Source: Mobula hypostoma
Taxonomy: Eukaryota
Assembly: GCF_963921235.1 (NCBI RefSeq)
Contig: NC_086108.1
Coordinates: forward strand, 13,206,001-13,270,000
DNA length: 64,000 bases
Direction of reading: 5' to 3'
A program made the position numbers and the translations under genes. The notes beneath the pieces are model-generated. The model was not told the origin of the DNA and made no database searches. It saw nothing but the letters and a program-made list of their open reading frames with translations. Shown here piece after piece: positions 38,351 to 51,880 of the stretch (the first letter of the stretch is position 1; every line of letters begins with the position of its first letter).

Positions 38351-39294
38351 ATTCCGAGCCACAGATGAAGCCTTGAACACGGCCCAGTCCACAGCTGGAA
38401 GCAATCCTGTAGCCGCTCCTCTGCCACCCGCAACCACCTCTTTGTTGTCCTTATCTCTGGAGCCGTGCATTTCAGCCTCTGCCTGTATACAGGAAGAAGA
38501 GATACAGCCAAGTGATCCGATTTTCCAAAATGCTGTCTGGGCATGGAGCAGTAGGCATTGCTCATCTTCGTGTAACAGTGGTCTTGTGAGTTGGGACCTC
38601 TGCTGTTACAGGTTATATGCTGCTGGCAATTTGACAAGGATTGCCTCAGGATTCCCTGGTTGAAGTCCACGACTATGATTTGAAATGTATCGCGATGGAC
38701 TGTTTCATGTTTGGAGATGGCATCATGCAGTATCTCAAGTGCTTGATTATAGTCGACCAATGGTGGGATGTAAATTGTGGTCACATTCAGTGAGGAAAGC
38801 TGTCAAAGCTTGCAGCAGAATCTGGAGCAGATGGAAAAATGAGCCAAAAATGGCAGATGGAAGTCATGCAGACAAGTGTGAGGTGTTGCACTTTGGGAGG
38901 ACAAACCAGGGTAGGACTTACACAGTGAATGGTGCCTAAAGAGAGCAGTAAAATAGAGGGATCTGGGAATAGAGAGCCATATTTCCTTGAAAGTGACATC
39001 ACTGTAGATGGGGTTGTAAAGAGAGCTTTTGGCACATTGACCTTTGGCACATTGACTCAAAATATTGAGCACAGGAGGTGGGATGTTATGTTGAAGTTGA
39101 ATAAGACGTAGGTGAGGCCTAATTTGGAGTATTGTGTGCAGATCAGGTCACTTTCAGGAAAGATGTAAGTGTGGTTGAAATTTTCAGAGACAATTGACAA
39201 GGACGTTGCCAGAATTTGAGGACCTGAGTGACAGGAAAAGGTTGAATACGCCAGGACTTTATTCTCTCGAGTGGAGGAGAATGAGGGGAGATGA

Positions 39295-39580
39295 GTTGCC
39301 ACGGTAACATAGTGATTATCTCGATGCAATTACAGCTCGGGGTGTCAGAGTTCAGAATTCAGTTCTGATGCCATCTGTAAGGAGTTTGTACGTCCTCCCC
39401 CTGGAATGCATGGATTTCCTCCGGGTGCTCCAGCTTCCTCCCACAGTCCACGGATGAACCTGTTAGTCGATTAATTGGTCATTGTAATTTGTCCCGTGAT
39501 TAGTCTAGGTTAAATCAGAGGTTGTGGGCAGTGTTTGAAGGGCTGGAAAGGCCTATTCCACACTGCATCTCTAAATGAAG
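39295..39580 (+). mobile_element. V-SINE nested in a CR1 fragment (38790-39630)
   Basis: V-domain GGAGTTTGTACGTCCTCCCC...TTTCCTCCGGGTGCTCCAGCTTCCTCCCACAGTCC. Confidence 0.7.
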
Positions 39581-42007
39581 TAAAAATTTGATAGAGGCAT
39601 ACATTATTATGAGTAGTATAGCTAGGGTTAGATCCCCTGGCGGTGATCTACCAGAATCACAGCTCCCCTGTGGACAACACTCCCACCTGGTGGTTTCCTC
39701 CTGTAATGATAGACCCAGAGTCATTAAAACCAGTTAATTCCTTTCAACATCATGACAACACATCCAATGACAAAGGTTTTTACAAAATATGGAGATGTTG
39801 AGGTGTGCCCACTCAGGGATAGGTCAAGCCCTGACATCTTGAGGCCATTGTGACACCAGTCATTCACATCACAATGAGATGCAGCATCACAACAGGATGT
39901 AAACTTTGGTTGCCTGGAGACCAGAGGCAGAACGACCACTGTCAGTGCGGCTGGAGGATGGTTTCCTCATCTGGAGGCTGGTGTAGACACGTATTAAATC
40001 TTACATGTCGAAAGTCTGAAGAGCAGAGAGACAGACATGGAGAATAGGTGAAGTTTTCTGAAGGGGAAGGAAACTGCACAAGGAAAGAAAGACTCCCTGA
40101 GAGAGGGACCTCCAGCAATTGAGACGATGTACCAATTCCTTCCATACCTTCAAGATACAATGTTTAGGAGGGCTGTCTTCGGGGGGGGGGGGTGGGATGA
40201 TAGATTAGTCATTGGGATTTGGGGGTCAACTCTGGGTATGTTATTATTGTTTGGGGCCCACTGTCTTTATTGATCCTGGGCCATTGCCAAGGAGCTGCTC
40301 CCAGGGTGATGCTAACAAAGGTCCTTCAGTGATGTCATACACACTCCCTTGGACCTGTCTGGAGATGCTGCCCAATGTCCAACTGCAGACCAGATAATTT
40401 GCCGCCTTTAATACTCAGGAAGTGTCCTAATCCATCCGAATCTAGAAGTGTGAACGGTCTTGTAGTAGTAATCTGTTGGTGGTCAAATGTGTTAATGGTT
40501 TGGAGTTTAAACAATCAGTGAGGTTGTGGATGACACCAAAATTGGTGTGTGATGAAAGTGAAGGTTGTCGAAGGTTACACTGGGATGGAGAACAGCTGGG
40601 AAAGTCAGCTAAGGAATGGCACAAACAAGAGAAAATTTGCAGATGCTGGAGACTCAAAGCAACACACACAAAATGCTGGAGGAACTCAGCAGGCCAGGCA
40701 GCAACTACGGAGAAAAGTACAGTTGATGTTTTGGGCAGGTGGAGCTTAACTGGACAAGTACAATGTAATAGATTTTGGGAAGTTAAACCAGAGCAGAACA
40801 TACAGAGTGAATGAGAGGGCCCAGGGAGAGTTGTAGAACAGAGAGACCAAGGGGTACAAGTTCTCTGAAAGTAGCAACAGAGGTAGACAGGTTGGTGAAG
40901 GTGGTTTGGACGGGTTCTTATGCGGTGTAAGTCTCTGACTGTCAGTGTAAATGGTCCCATCATTGTCTAGTTGTAAACTTGTGAATTTACTTTCTCTTTC
41001 TTCTCTCAGAGGGACAAGACAACTGGAACCATAGCACGTGAGTGAGCGCAGGAAAACACAGGCTTTCATCGCACAAGTTAGTGATGAAGCTGTGAATGAC
41101 ATGTACATAATATTAGTCCAACTCAGAAAATCACAACTGCATCAAACCAACGCTCCTTGGGTCGGTCCGTGTCCCATCCACATCTCGGTGCTAAATCTCC
41201 TACTCAATAACCCCACTGATCGGTTCATATAAGGATCCCAACTTGGAGACCTCATTAGCAGGCATGTTATTGGACTTCAGCCCCACAGCTTCATACTCCT
41301 CCCTCCTCCTCCCCTATTCCCTCTCTCCTCACCCTCCACCCTCCCAATACTCCTCCCCCTCCCCCACCCGAAGACCTTGTGAAGGAGCCCTCCTTCCTAC
41401 TTCTACCCCACTCCTAACTCCCATCCTCCCCTCACTTTACCCCTCCGTTACCCTCCATGACAGAGAGATTCCCTCCACTTCCACCACCGATGCCCCCTCT
41501 CCCAATACATATGCCCTCATGCACAAAGTGTCATTCCTGTGGGCTCTGTAACCCTCTACATACACTACAACCCTGTGTGTTCCACAACCCCAGACACTCA
41601 CTGCAATCCTCACAAGCACCACAAACTTCGCATGCATGACAACCCCTGTAGGCACCGTAACTGCCATGGCACTGCAACCCCCCCCCCCACCTCATACAAC
41701 AGAATCCCACATGCACACTGCAACCACTCCACAGTCACAACAAACCATCATGACCCTCGGGCAGTGCAAACCCCACACACTCTGCAACCCAAACTTCCCC
41801 TTGTCCTGTGTACACTGCAACCTCTGTGTACACAGCAAATGTCTCCGCATAAAACACAATGGTCACTTGCACTGCAAACCTCGCACCTACTGGACACCCC
41901 TTCCCCATTGACCCTCGCCTGCTCCCTCTACCCCATTGTCCTCTCCTTACACAGTAGCATCCTGGTGAATCGCTTCTGCACCCTCTCCAATGTATCAGTG
42001 TTACAAT

Positions 42008-45000
42008 TGTTACGTACCAGCAGCAATAGATATGAAATCAAGTTGGGTTTTTATAGATAAACAATGAAATTTATTAACCTCTAACTCAAAAATATAGAAA
42101 AGTAAACAAACAACTAACACACGGAAGTTAACAGTGTTATGCATCTATAGCTATCAAACAGTTGAACTTAGAGACAATTCTTAACAGATCTTACTCAAGC
42201 ACAGTCTTAAAGTGGTAGTTTAAGAAGTCCAAGTGGTTCATGAAATAAGTGAGAGGAGAGACTTCATGAAGCAGTGACGAGGCCATTCTTGAAGAAACGA
42301 AGAAACCGTTGACGCCAATCCCAGCCGAGAAGTACCTTTTCCAAAAAGACTAAAAAGAGTGCGTTTTCTCTAAGTAGCTGACCTTCGTCAAAGTGGTCAC
42401 CACACAACACCCAAACCATGTAAGGGTTAACAAAAGCGCATGCCACGTATGGATTAGACCCAGTGTCAGTCACACCCGAAATTCACCGAATGTCGCTGAT
42501 TAACCCCAATCCTTTGGGTTCGTTCAAAGCCTGCAATCTTCACTCTCTCTCCTTCTACAATTGCGTAACCACCGACTGTGACTCTCCAACAATTGGTGGT
42601 CCCCCTTTTTATACCAGAGGGATATGCTATCATGTGACCCTCACAGGTAACAAAGTCATGGGACACTCACGGGAATCACGAGACACTCATGGGGATCGAT
42701 ACTGTGGGCAGGTAACCCCAAGAAAAGAAAATTCCGATCTATCAAGAGCAAAATTTTAACTACAATTTACAAAATATACAAATGAATAAAATCTACAAAA
42801 TGCCCAATACACATACAGTTATCATACAGCACCCTACAAACGAATATAACATGGCAGGAGTGTGTACAAATATCAAGATTCCACTCTATTAATAATTTTA
42901 AAAATTTCCAATCTGGACAGACAGTCGGCAATTGCATTATCTTTACCTTTAATGAGAGTTATTAAGAGATCATATTCCTGTAAAATTAAACTCCAATTCA
43001 GCAACCTTCTATTTTTGTTTTTCAGTTTACTCAAAAATACCAATGGACTATGATCAGTGTAAACCACGAGTGGTTTCTGAGTTTTGGCAACATACACATC
43101 AAAATGTTGCAGAGCCAAAATAAGGGATAATAATTCCTTCTCTATGGTAGAATTATTTCTTTGATGCCCATTAAATTTCTTGGAAAAGTAAGCCACAGGA
43201 TGGTCAATATCATCATAATTATCCCTTTGTAGTAACACTGCTCCTTCAGCCTCGTCACTAGCATCCACAGCTAAGGAAAATGGCTTGGAAAAATCAGGTG
43301 ACCTGAGTACAGGTTAGTGACACAAGACAGCTTTCAATTTATCAAATGCTTCCTGGCAAAGTTCTGTCCAAACAAACTTTTCACCTTTCTTCAGGAGGTT
43401 AGTCAATGGGAGAACAATATCAACAAAGTTCTTACAGAACTTGAGGTAATATCCTACCATTCCCAAGAATCTTCTGAGAGCCTTTTTACCAGTTGGAGTG
43501 GGAACCTCTAAAATTGCCTGAACAGGAGCCAACCTGTGTTGACCCACAACGTAACCAAGATAGGTCACAGTGGCATGGCCAAATTCACTTTTAGCTAAGT
43601 TAACTATAAGGTTGGCTTCTGAAAGCCTTTCAAACAGCTTTTCCACTACAAGTTTCATTCCCTGTGACTAAATCATCAATATAGGCACCTATATGAATTA
43701 CAGAACCCTTGAATTACAGAATTAATCATTCCCTGGAAAGTTCCTGAAGCATTCTTCATTCCAAATGGCAGAACATTGTGTTCATATAACCCAGATGGCA
43801 TTACAAATGCAGAAATTTCTTTACTTTTATCTGTCAATGGAACACACCAATACCCTTTTAACAGATCAATCTTTGTAAGAATCTTAGCTTTTCCAACCTT
43901 GTCCACGCAATCATCTACCCTAGGGATTGGATATGCATCAGTTTTTGTTACAGCATTCACCTTCCTGTAATCAGTACAAAACCGAATACTACCATCTGGT
44001 TTTGGCATCATGACACAAGGTGAACTCCAATCCGAAGTAGAAGGTCTAATAATATCATTTTCTAACATATACTTAATTTCTTGTTCAGCAAGTATGCATT
44101 TTTCCACATTCATTCGATATGGATGTTGCTTTATGGGTTTGGCGTTTCCAAAATCTACATCATGTGAGGCTACTGTGGTTCTTTTTGGAACGTCTGGAAA
44201 TAAATCCCTAAATTTCATAATTAACTGTTTCATTTGCTGCCGCTGCTGTGGCTGTAGATGAGCCAATTTCTCATCAATATTTTCTAAAATTGTCAAATTT
44301 GTTAGTCTGGCAGAAATAATGTTCAGTTTAAAATAAGCCTCAGATGGATCAACTGCCAAGTTCCCACGGAGGTCAGACTCATTGTTATTGACAACAACAG
44401 TCATAGCGGCGGACCATTTTTCATAATATGGTTTTATCATGTTTACATGACAAAGCTGCGTTGCCCTTTGTCAATCTGTGGTTTTTACCACATAGTCCAC
44501 ATTATTAACTTTAGGTATAATCTCGTAAGGACCATGAAATTTAGCTTGCAAAGGGTTCGTTTGCACAGGGGAAAGAACCAACACCTTATCTCCCGGCTTG
44601 AATGACCTCATTCTAGCTTCCTTGTCATACCAAGTTTTCATTCTTTCCTGAGCAAATTTTAAAATTTCCCTTGCTAAACTGCAAGCTTTTTGCAACCTCT
44701 CCTTAAATTTTAAGACATAATCTAGCAAATTAGTATGTAGTTCTTTGTTAACCACTGTTCTTTTAACAATGCCAAAGGTCCTTGGACTCTGTGCCCCAAA
44801 AAAAGTTCAAGGGGCTAAAGTCTAGGGACTCCTGCACTGATTCACTTACTGCAAACAAAAGCAAATGAACTCCCTCATCCCAATCCTTCTCACTTTCAAC
44901 ACAAAGCATCCTAATCTGGTTTTGAGGGTAGAATGGAACATTTCCAAGACCCCTTGTGATTCTGGATGGTAAGCAGGCGATGTAATCTATTTGGCTCCCA

Positions 45001-48000
45001 GTTTATAAACTACCTGCTGGAATAATCCAGACATAAAATTACTTCCTTGATCAGACTGGATTTCTTTAGGCAATGCAAATAAAGTAGAAAATTTTATGAG
45101 AGCCTTCGACACAGTTTTAGCTTTTATATTCCTGAGAGATATTGCTTCTGGAAACCTAGATGCTGTACACATGATGGTCAGCAAATATTGATGGCCAGCT
45201 TTAGTTTTTGGCAATGGGCCAAGACAATCCACAATAACTTTAGAAAACGGTTCACCAAATGCAGGAATAGGTTGCAATGGGGCACTTGGGTGACTTGATT
45301 AGGTTTACCCACAACCTGACAAGTGTGACAAGTTCAGCAAAATGTCACCACAGCTTTCCTCAACCCAGGCCAGGAGTAGTGTTGAAAAACCTTGTTCACA
45401 GTTTTATTCACACCAAGATGGCCACCCAAGGGCATACTATGAGCCAAAGTTAAAATCTTATTCCCATAGTCTTTAGGGACTACTACCTGGTGAACAACTG
45501 CCCAATCCTCACTTCCAGGAATCTCAGGTGGTCTCCACTGCCTCATTAACACTCCACTCTTGAAAAAATACCCTACTGGCACCTTCTCAATCTCATTATC
45601 TGGGAGAGCTTTTCCTTTTAAGGTGGCAATCTCAGGGTCTCTGCTCTGCTATTATCTCCTTCCTAGACAGAGACAAGTCTTTATGGTCAGACTTACTACA
45701 AAGATCTTGATCAAACAATGAAGGTAGAAAAGTTACCGACAAATCATCAAAATCTGAATCCAGATTTGAACTGTCATGGGTAGCAGACCCATGCTGCACA
45801 GAACCATCTGCCTTGGCAGACTTTTTGGCCATAGCTCAGCTTACTGTACAGGAGGGATACATGTTAGAATCCATCTTTGGATCATCAGTGATTGGCTTGG
45901 TTGTCAGCTGCACTGCAGGAACAACTTTTCCACCTGCTAAGTCATTCCCTAACAATAAAGAAACACCATCCACCGGTCAACTGGGACGTAGTCCTATTTT
46001 AACAGGTCCTGAAACTAACACTGACTTTAAAACTACTTTGTGCAGAGGTACAGACATAAGGTGGCCCCCAATACCTCGTATAAGATTTACCTCACCAATG
46101 GCAGTCTCAACACTAAACTCTAGAACACTATCTAACATAAGTGACTGAGAAGCCCCAGTATCCTGAAGGAAGTTTTTCTTTACGGGTACTTGGGTGGACC
46201 CTTCATTCATGGAAACAAATCCCTCTGACACAAAATGATCAAATCCTTTCCTAACTCGGTCAGACCTCTCAGACCTTGACAGACCCTCCTTTGAATGTCC
46301 CAAACCCTGCGGGTTTATGGGTGTTCCGAAGTGTTGCACACAGGCATCTGGAACTGCCTCCTTTTCATTCTTCTTCAGACAGAAACAGTTAGGCATAACA
46401 TGACCAGATTTCCTACAACAGTGACAAATAGGACCAAAATGTTTTTCCTTCACTTGCTTCCATTCGTCCTTACCTTTATCACTAGCTTCCGATTTAATTT
46501 CTGGCTTACCCTGACTATCCCTGCTACTCTTTTGGAAAGTTTTACTTGGAGTAAATTTACCCTTGTGGGTTAGAGCAAGCTCAGCAGACTCTTGCATCGT
46601 GGCAGCGTCCTTCTCATCCAAATATGCTTTTATGTCATTAGGGACACATCTTTTAAATTCCTCCAATAAAACCAACTCTTTCAAGTCGTCTTAACTTCCA
46701 TTCACATTTTCAGATGTGCACCATCGCTCAAAACACACAGATTTGTCATAGGCAAATTCCACATAAGTCTGGTTCACAGATTTCTTCAGACTCCTAAATC
46801 TTTGTCTATAAGCTTCCAGAACCAATTCATAAGCTTTAAGTACCTGCTTTACCAAATTTCCCTCGGGATTAATAAAGTATATCTATCTACCTATCTTCAC
46901 AGTATCATAATCAGCTGCCTGTTCTCCGGTTAAGGCCATATAAACCTGTTGTGCTTTACCTTTAATTACACTTTGTAAAAGGACAAGCCAGCCATCTTTC
47001 GGTCACTGTGAACTCCGAGCAACTTTTTCAAAATGCTGGAAGTATTCATCAACTTCTGCCTCATTAAATGGAGGAACTAATTCAACTTGCTGGCTAGCAA
47101 GAAATGGTACAACTGGTTTCCTCAAACCAGCTTGCTTCTCGAGCCTTAACTTCTCTATTGGTAGTTCAAATTGCTTTTGTTTTTCTGCAGCTTCTCTCTC
47201 TTTATCTCTTTCCCTTTCTGCCACTTCTACTTTAAATCTCTCTAACTTCATTTGTTCTAGTTGTAGCTGCATCTCAAGTTTACTTACAGGATACCTCTTC
47301 ATCAAACACTTTCGTAACTATACAGTGCTCAGCTATTTTCCTCTGAATCACTGGCTTTGTCATAGCCATCGTTATCCCTGTAAGCTTCAGTTCTTTAGCA
47401 ATTTCCAGCACCTTGCCTTTTTTTGCTTTCTCTAATGCTGCAGTGGTTGGTGATTCCAGAAAGTCCCCAACATCCATTGCTGCTGATCACCACACACAAA
47501 CCAATCAAACAAAAGGAATCGGTTATGTCCCTTTCCCCAATCAGATCGATAATTAAACAATCAATAAGCTCTAAATTTGTTCACATCTGGACGAGCCCCC
47601 AATTTTTATGTTACGTACCAGCAGCAATAGATATGATATCAAGTCGGGGTTTTATAGATAAACAATAAAATTTATTAACCTCTACTCAAAAACATAGAAA
47701 AGTAAACAAATGACTAACTTAAACGGAAGTTAACAGTGTTATGCATCTATAGCTATCAAACGGTCGAACTTAGAGACAATTCTTAACAGATCTTACTCAA
47801 GCACAGTCTTAAAGCAGTAGTTTAAAGAAGTCTAAGTGGTTCATGAAATAAGTGAGAGGAGAGACTTCACGAAGAAGCAATGAGGCGATTCTTGAAAAAA
47901 CAAAGAAACCGTTGATACATAAACACAAAATAATCTGCAGATGCTGTGATCAAAGCAACACTTTCAGTATGCTGGATGAACTCAGCAGATCAGGCAGCAT

Positions 48001-50456
48001 CAGTTAGAAATGATGAGTCGATGTTTCAGGCCGGAACCCTTCACCAGGACTGAAGAATGAAAGATGGGGAAGGATTTGAAGAATGCTTGTAGCTTCAGTT
48101 GAAAGACCAGTAATTTGAAAGACAAAGGGGTGGGGGAGGGGAAGCATTGACGTCATAGCCCTGAAAACAATGGGTAGTAGGAGGAGGAGGTGGAACCATG
48201 ATGGAGCTGGGGGAGGGGGTAGAGTGAAATAGGGATAGAGGAAGGGAGGGGTAGGGAATTACCGGAAGTTGGAGAATTCTATGTTCATACCAAGGGGCTG
48301 GAGACTACCTAGACGGTATATGAAGTGTTGCTCCTCCAACCTGAGTTTAGCCTCATCATGGCAGTAGAGGAGGCCATGTATGGACATATCTGAATCGGAA
48401 TGGGAAGCAGAGTTGAAGTGGGTGGCTGCCGGGAGATCCTGTCTGTTGTGGCGGACGGAGTGGAGGTGCTCGACGAAGCGGTCCCCCAATCTGCGTCGGG
48501 TTTCACCGATGTAGAGGAGGCCGCACCAGGAGCACCGGATACAATAGATGACCCCAACAGACTCACAAGTGAAGTGTTGTCTCACCTGGAAGGACTGTTT
48601 AGGGCCCTGAATAGTTGCAAGAGATGAGGTGTAGGGACAGGTGTAGCACTTACGCTTACAGGGATCAGTGGGGATGGACGTGTGGATAAGGGAGTCACGG
48701 AGGGACCGATCCCTGTAGAAAGCAGAGAGGGGTGGAGAGGGAAAGATGTGCATAGTGGTGGGGTCCTGTTGAAGGTGGCGGAAGTTGCGGAGGATAATGT
48801 GCTGGATCCGGAGGCTGGTGGGGTGGTAGGTAAGGACAAGGGGAACTCTGTCCCTGTTGTGGTTGCGGGAGGATGGGATGAGGGCCGAAGTGTGGGAAAT
48901 GGAGGAGATGTGGGTGAGGGCATCATTGATGACGGTAGAAGGGAAACCACGATCCTTAAAGAAAGAGGACATTTGAGATGTCGTAGAACTGAAAGCCTCA
49001 TCCTGGGAGCAGATGCGGCGGAGACGGAGGAACTTGGAATAGCGAATGGCATTTTTGCATGTGGCGGGGTGGGAAGAGGTATAGTCGAGGTAGTTATGAG
49101 AGTCAGTGGGCTTGTAGAAGATGTCAGTGGACAGTCTGTCTCCAGAGATGGAGACCGAGACATCGAGAAAGGGGAGAGAAGTGTCCGAGATGGACCAAGT
49201 GAATTTGAGGGCTGGGTGGAAGTTTGAAGTAAAGTCGATGAAATTGACGAGCTCAGCATGGGTGCAGGAAGCAGCACCAATGTAGTCCTCAATGTACCGA
49301 AGGAAAAGTTGGGGAGCAGTACCAGAATAGGTTTGGTGCACAGACTGTTCCACATAACCAACAAAGAGGCAGGCATAGCTGGGGCCCATGCGAGTTCCCA
49401 TAGCTACACCCTTAGTCTGAAGAAAGTGGGAAGAGCCAAAAGAAAAGATATTAAGTGTGAGAACCAGTTCCGCCAACCGGAGGAGGGTAGTGGTGGTGGG
49501 GAACTGGTGAGGTCTATTATCTAGGAAGTAGCAGAGGGCTTTGAGGCCTTCTTGATGGAGAATGGAGGTGTATAAGGATTGGACATCCATAGTTAAAATG
49601 TAGCGGTTGGGACCGGGGAATTGGAAGTTATTGAAGAGATGGAGGGCATAGGATGTATCCCGGATGTAGGTGGGGAGGGACTGAACCATGGGTGACAAAA
49701 TGGAGTCCAGGTAGGCAGATACAAGTTCGGTGGGACAGGAGCAGGCAGAAACTATGGGTCTACCGGGACAGTTAGGCTTGTGTATCTTTGGGAGGAGGTA
49801 AAACCGAGTGGTACAGGGTGTGGGAATAATGAGCCTAGCAGCTGAGGATGGAAGGTCTCCAGAGTTGATTAGGGCGGTGATGGTGCAGGAGACAATGGTT
49901 TGATGTTTTTTGGTGGGGTCCTGTTCCAGTGGTAAGTAAGAGGAGGTGTCAGAGAGCTGCCGTTTTGCCTCAGTGAGGTAGAGGTCCATCCGCCAGACAA
50001 CTACGGCACCACCTTTGTCAGCAGGTTTGATGGTGAGGTTGGGATTAGTGTGGAGAGAGTGGAGGGCAGTGCGTTCGGACCGTTGAGCCGAGAAGTGCTT
50101 TTCCCAAAAAGACTACAAAAAGTGAGTTTTCTCAAAGTAACTGACTTTTCGCCGGTGGCCAAACCATGTAAGGGTTAACAAAAGTGCGTGCCACGTATGG
50201 ATTAGACCCAGTGTCAGTCACACCCAAAATGCACCAAATGCCACTGGTTAACCCCAATCCTTTGGGTTTGTTTGAAGCCTGCAATCTTCACTCTCTTTCT
50301 ACGATTGCGTAACCCCCAACTGCGACTCCCCAACAAAGTGACTCCCAAAAATCAGTGGTCCCCCTTTTTATACCAGCAGGATATGTCATCATGTGATGCT
50401 CACAGGTAACAAAGTCATGGGACACTCACGGAAATCGATACTGTGGACAGGTAACA
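42008..50456 (-). mobile_element. Full-length, decayed Gmr1-like Ty3/Gypsy LTR retrotransposon
   Basis: LTRs at 47609-50456 (5', split by a PLE) and 42008-42717 (3'). TSD CAAT at 42004-42007 and 50457-50460. tRNA-Pro PBS at 47585-47601. gag ~47477-46300, PR (DTGA) ~46160, IN 45582-44470, RT 44440-43314, RNase H 43268-42873. Confidence 0.93.
47916..50078 (-). mobile_element. Young Penelope-like element (Neptune-type) inserted in the Gypsy 5' LTR
   Basis: Uninterrupted 576-aa ORF 48259-49989: RT, Cys-rich linker (CKRKCYTC), GIY-YIG. Direct repeat ACCGTTGA at 47908-47915 and 50079-50086. Confidence 0.95.
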
Positions 50457-50459
50457 CAA

Positions 50460-51880
50460 TGGAGTAACGGGAATGACAGAAGCATCGGAGAGAAGCTGGC
50501 CAAAGTCAATTGGAATAGGATACTAGCAGGGATGACAGCCGAGCAGCAATGGGTGCAACAGTTCATAAGGCACAGGATAGATACATCACACAAAGTAGTA
50601 GTATTCTAAAGGGAGGGTGAGGAAACCATGACTGATCAGGGAAGTCAAAGACAGCATAAAAACAAAAGGAAAGGCATACAATGTAGCAAAAATTAGCAGG
50701 ACTCTGAAAGGTTAGGAAGCTTTACAAACCAACTAAAAAAGCAATGAGAGAAAAGGTGAAATATGAAGGTAAGCTTGCCAAAAACAAAGCAGGATGTCAG
50801 GTTAGTTTTCCCCTCCAGAGCTATAAAGAGTAAAGTAGAGGCAACAGTGGACATTGGAGCACTGGAAAATGATACTGGAGAGGTGGTAATGGAAAAAAAA
50901 GGCGCTCCCCAAGGATGTATACCAAAGCCGCTGCTGTTCACACTGCTGATGCATGACTGTGTCAGAGGATTCTGCTCAAACTGTATCACCAAGTTTGCAG
51001 CTGACACAACAGTGGTTGGCCTCTTGAACAATGATGATGAGTCGGAATACAGAGAGGAAGTGGAGAGGTTGGTGGACTGGTGTGAGGATAACCACCTGTC
51101 TAACTGTGGAGATGACCAAGAAAATGATGGTGGACTTTAGGAAGGTGCAGATGGTCCATCCCCCTCTGTGCGTACTTTTCTCCTCCGTAGAGTTAAGTGC
51201 ACCAAGTTCCTAGGAGCTGATATCATGGATGACCTCACCTGGTTCCTCAATATCACCTCCCTGAATAAGAACACACAGCAACACCTCCACTTCCTGAGAA
51301 AATTGAGGTGTACGAGGTTCGTTCTCCCCTCCACTCTATCTGAATTTTACATGATCACCATTGAGCGCGTTCTGACAAGCTGCATCTCTATCTGGTATGG
51401 GAGCAGCAGAGCATCAGACTGGAAATCTCTACAAAGAACTGTGAGAACAGATGAGAGGATCATAGGAGTCTCCCTACCATCCATCAGGGACATTTATCAA
51501 GCACTGAGTGCACATGGCTCTTAGCATTATCAGGATCCCCCCCCCCCCCACCCATCCAGCATCCTCTTTGACATTCTACCATCATGCAGAAGATTCTGGT
51601 GCATAAAGACAAGAATGGTCAGGATGGGAAACAACCCCTTCCCCCAGGCTGTTAGGCTCCTGAACTCGCTGCCGCATCTCATTCGCAGAGTCACCGGATA
51701 ATTCGTACTGTACCCTACCATATTTAATTTATGCACCTTACTTTGTTGATCTATGCACGATTCATTTGTAAATTTAATTTGTAAATTGTGCTTTACTCCC
51801 TGGTCTGGAGAAACGTTGCCTAGTTTAACAGTATACATGTATATAGGTAAGTGACAATACACTTGACCTGATTTGAAATA
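50460..51880 (+). mobile_element. CR1 fragment (50460-~50900) abutting a Rex1/Babar RT + 3' end (~50900-51880)
   Basis: ORF 50763-51140 switches from CR1 (IGALENDTGEVVM) to Rex1 (GAPQGC..PLLFTL). ORF 51168-51524 is Rex1. Confidence 0.8.

Noticed and set aside
41240..41990. Pro/His/Thr-rich ORFs
   Set aside because: C/A-rich low-complexity sequence with no domain signal.
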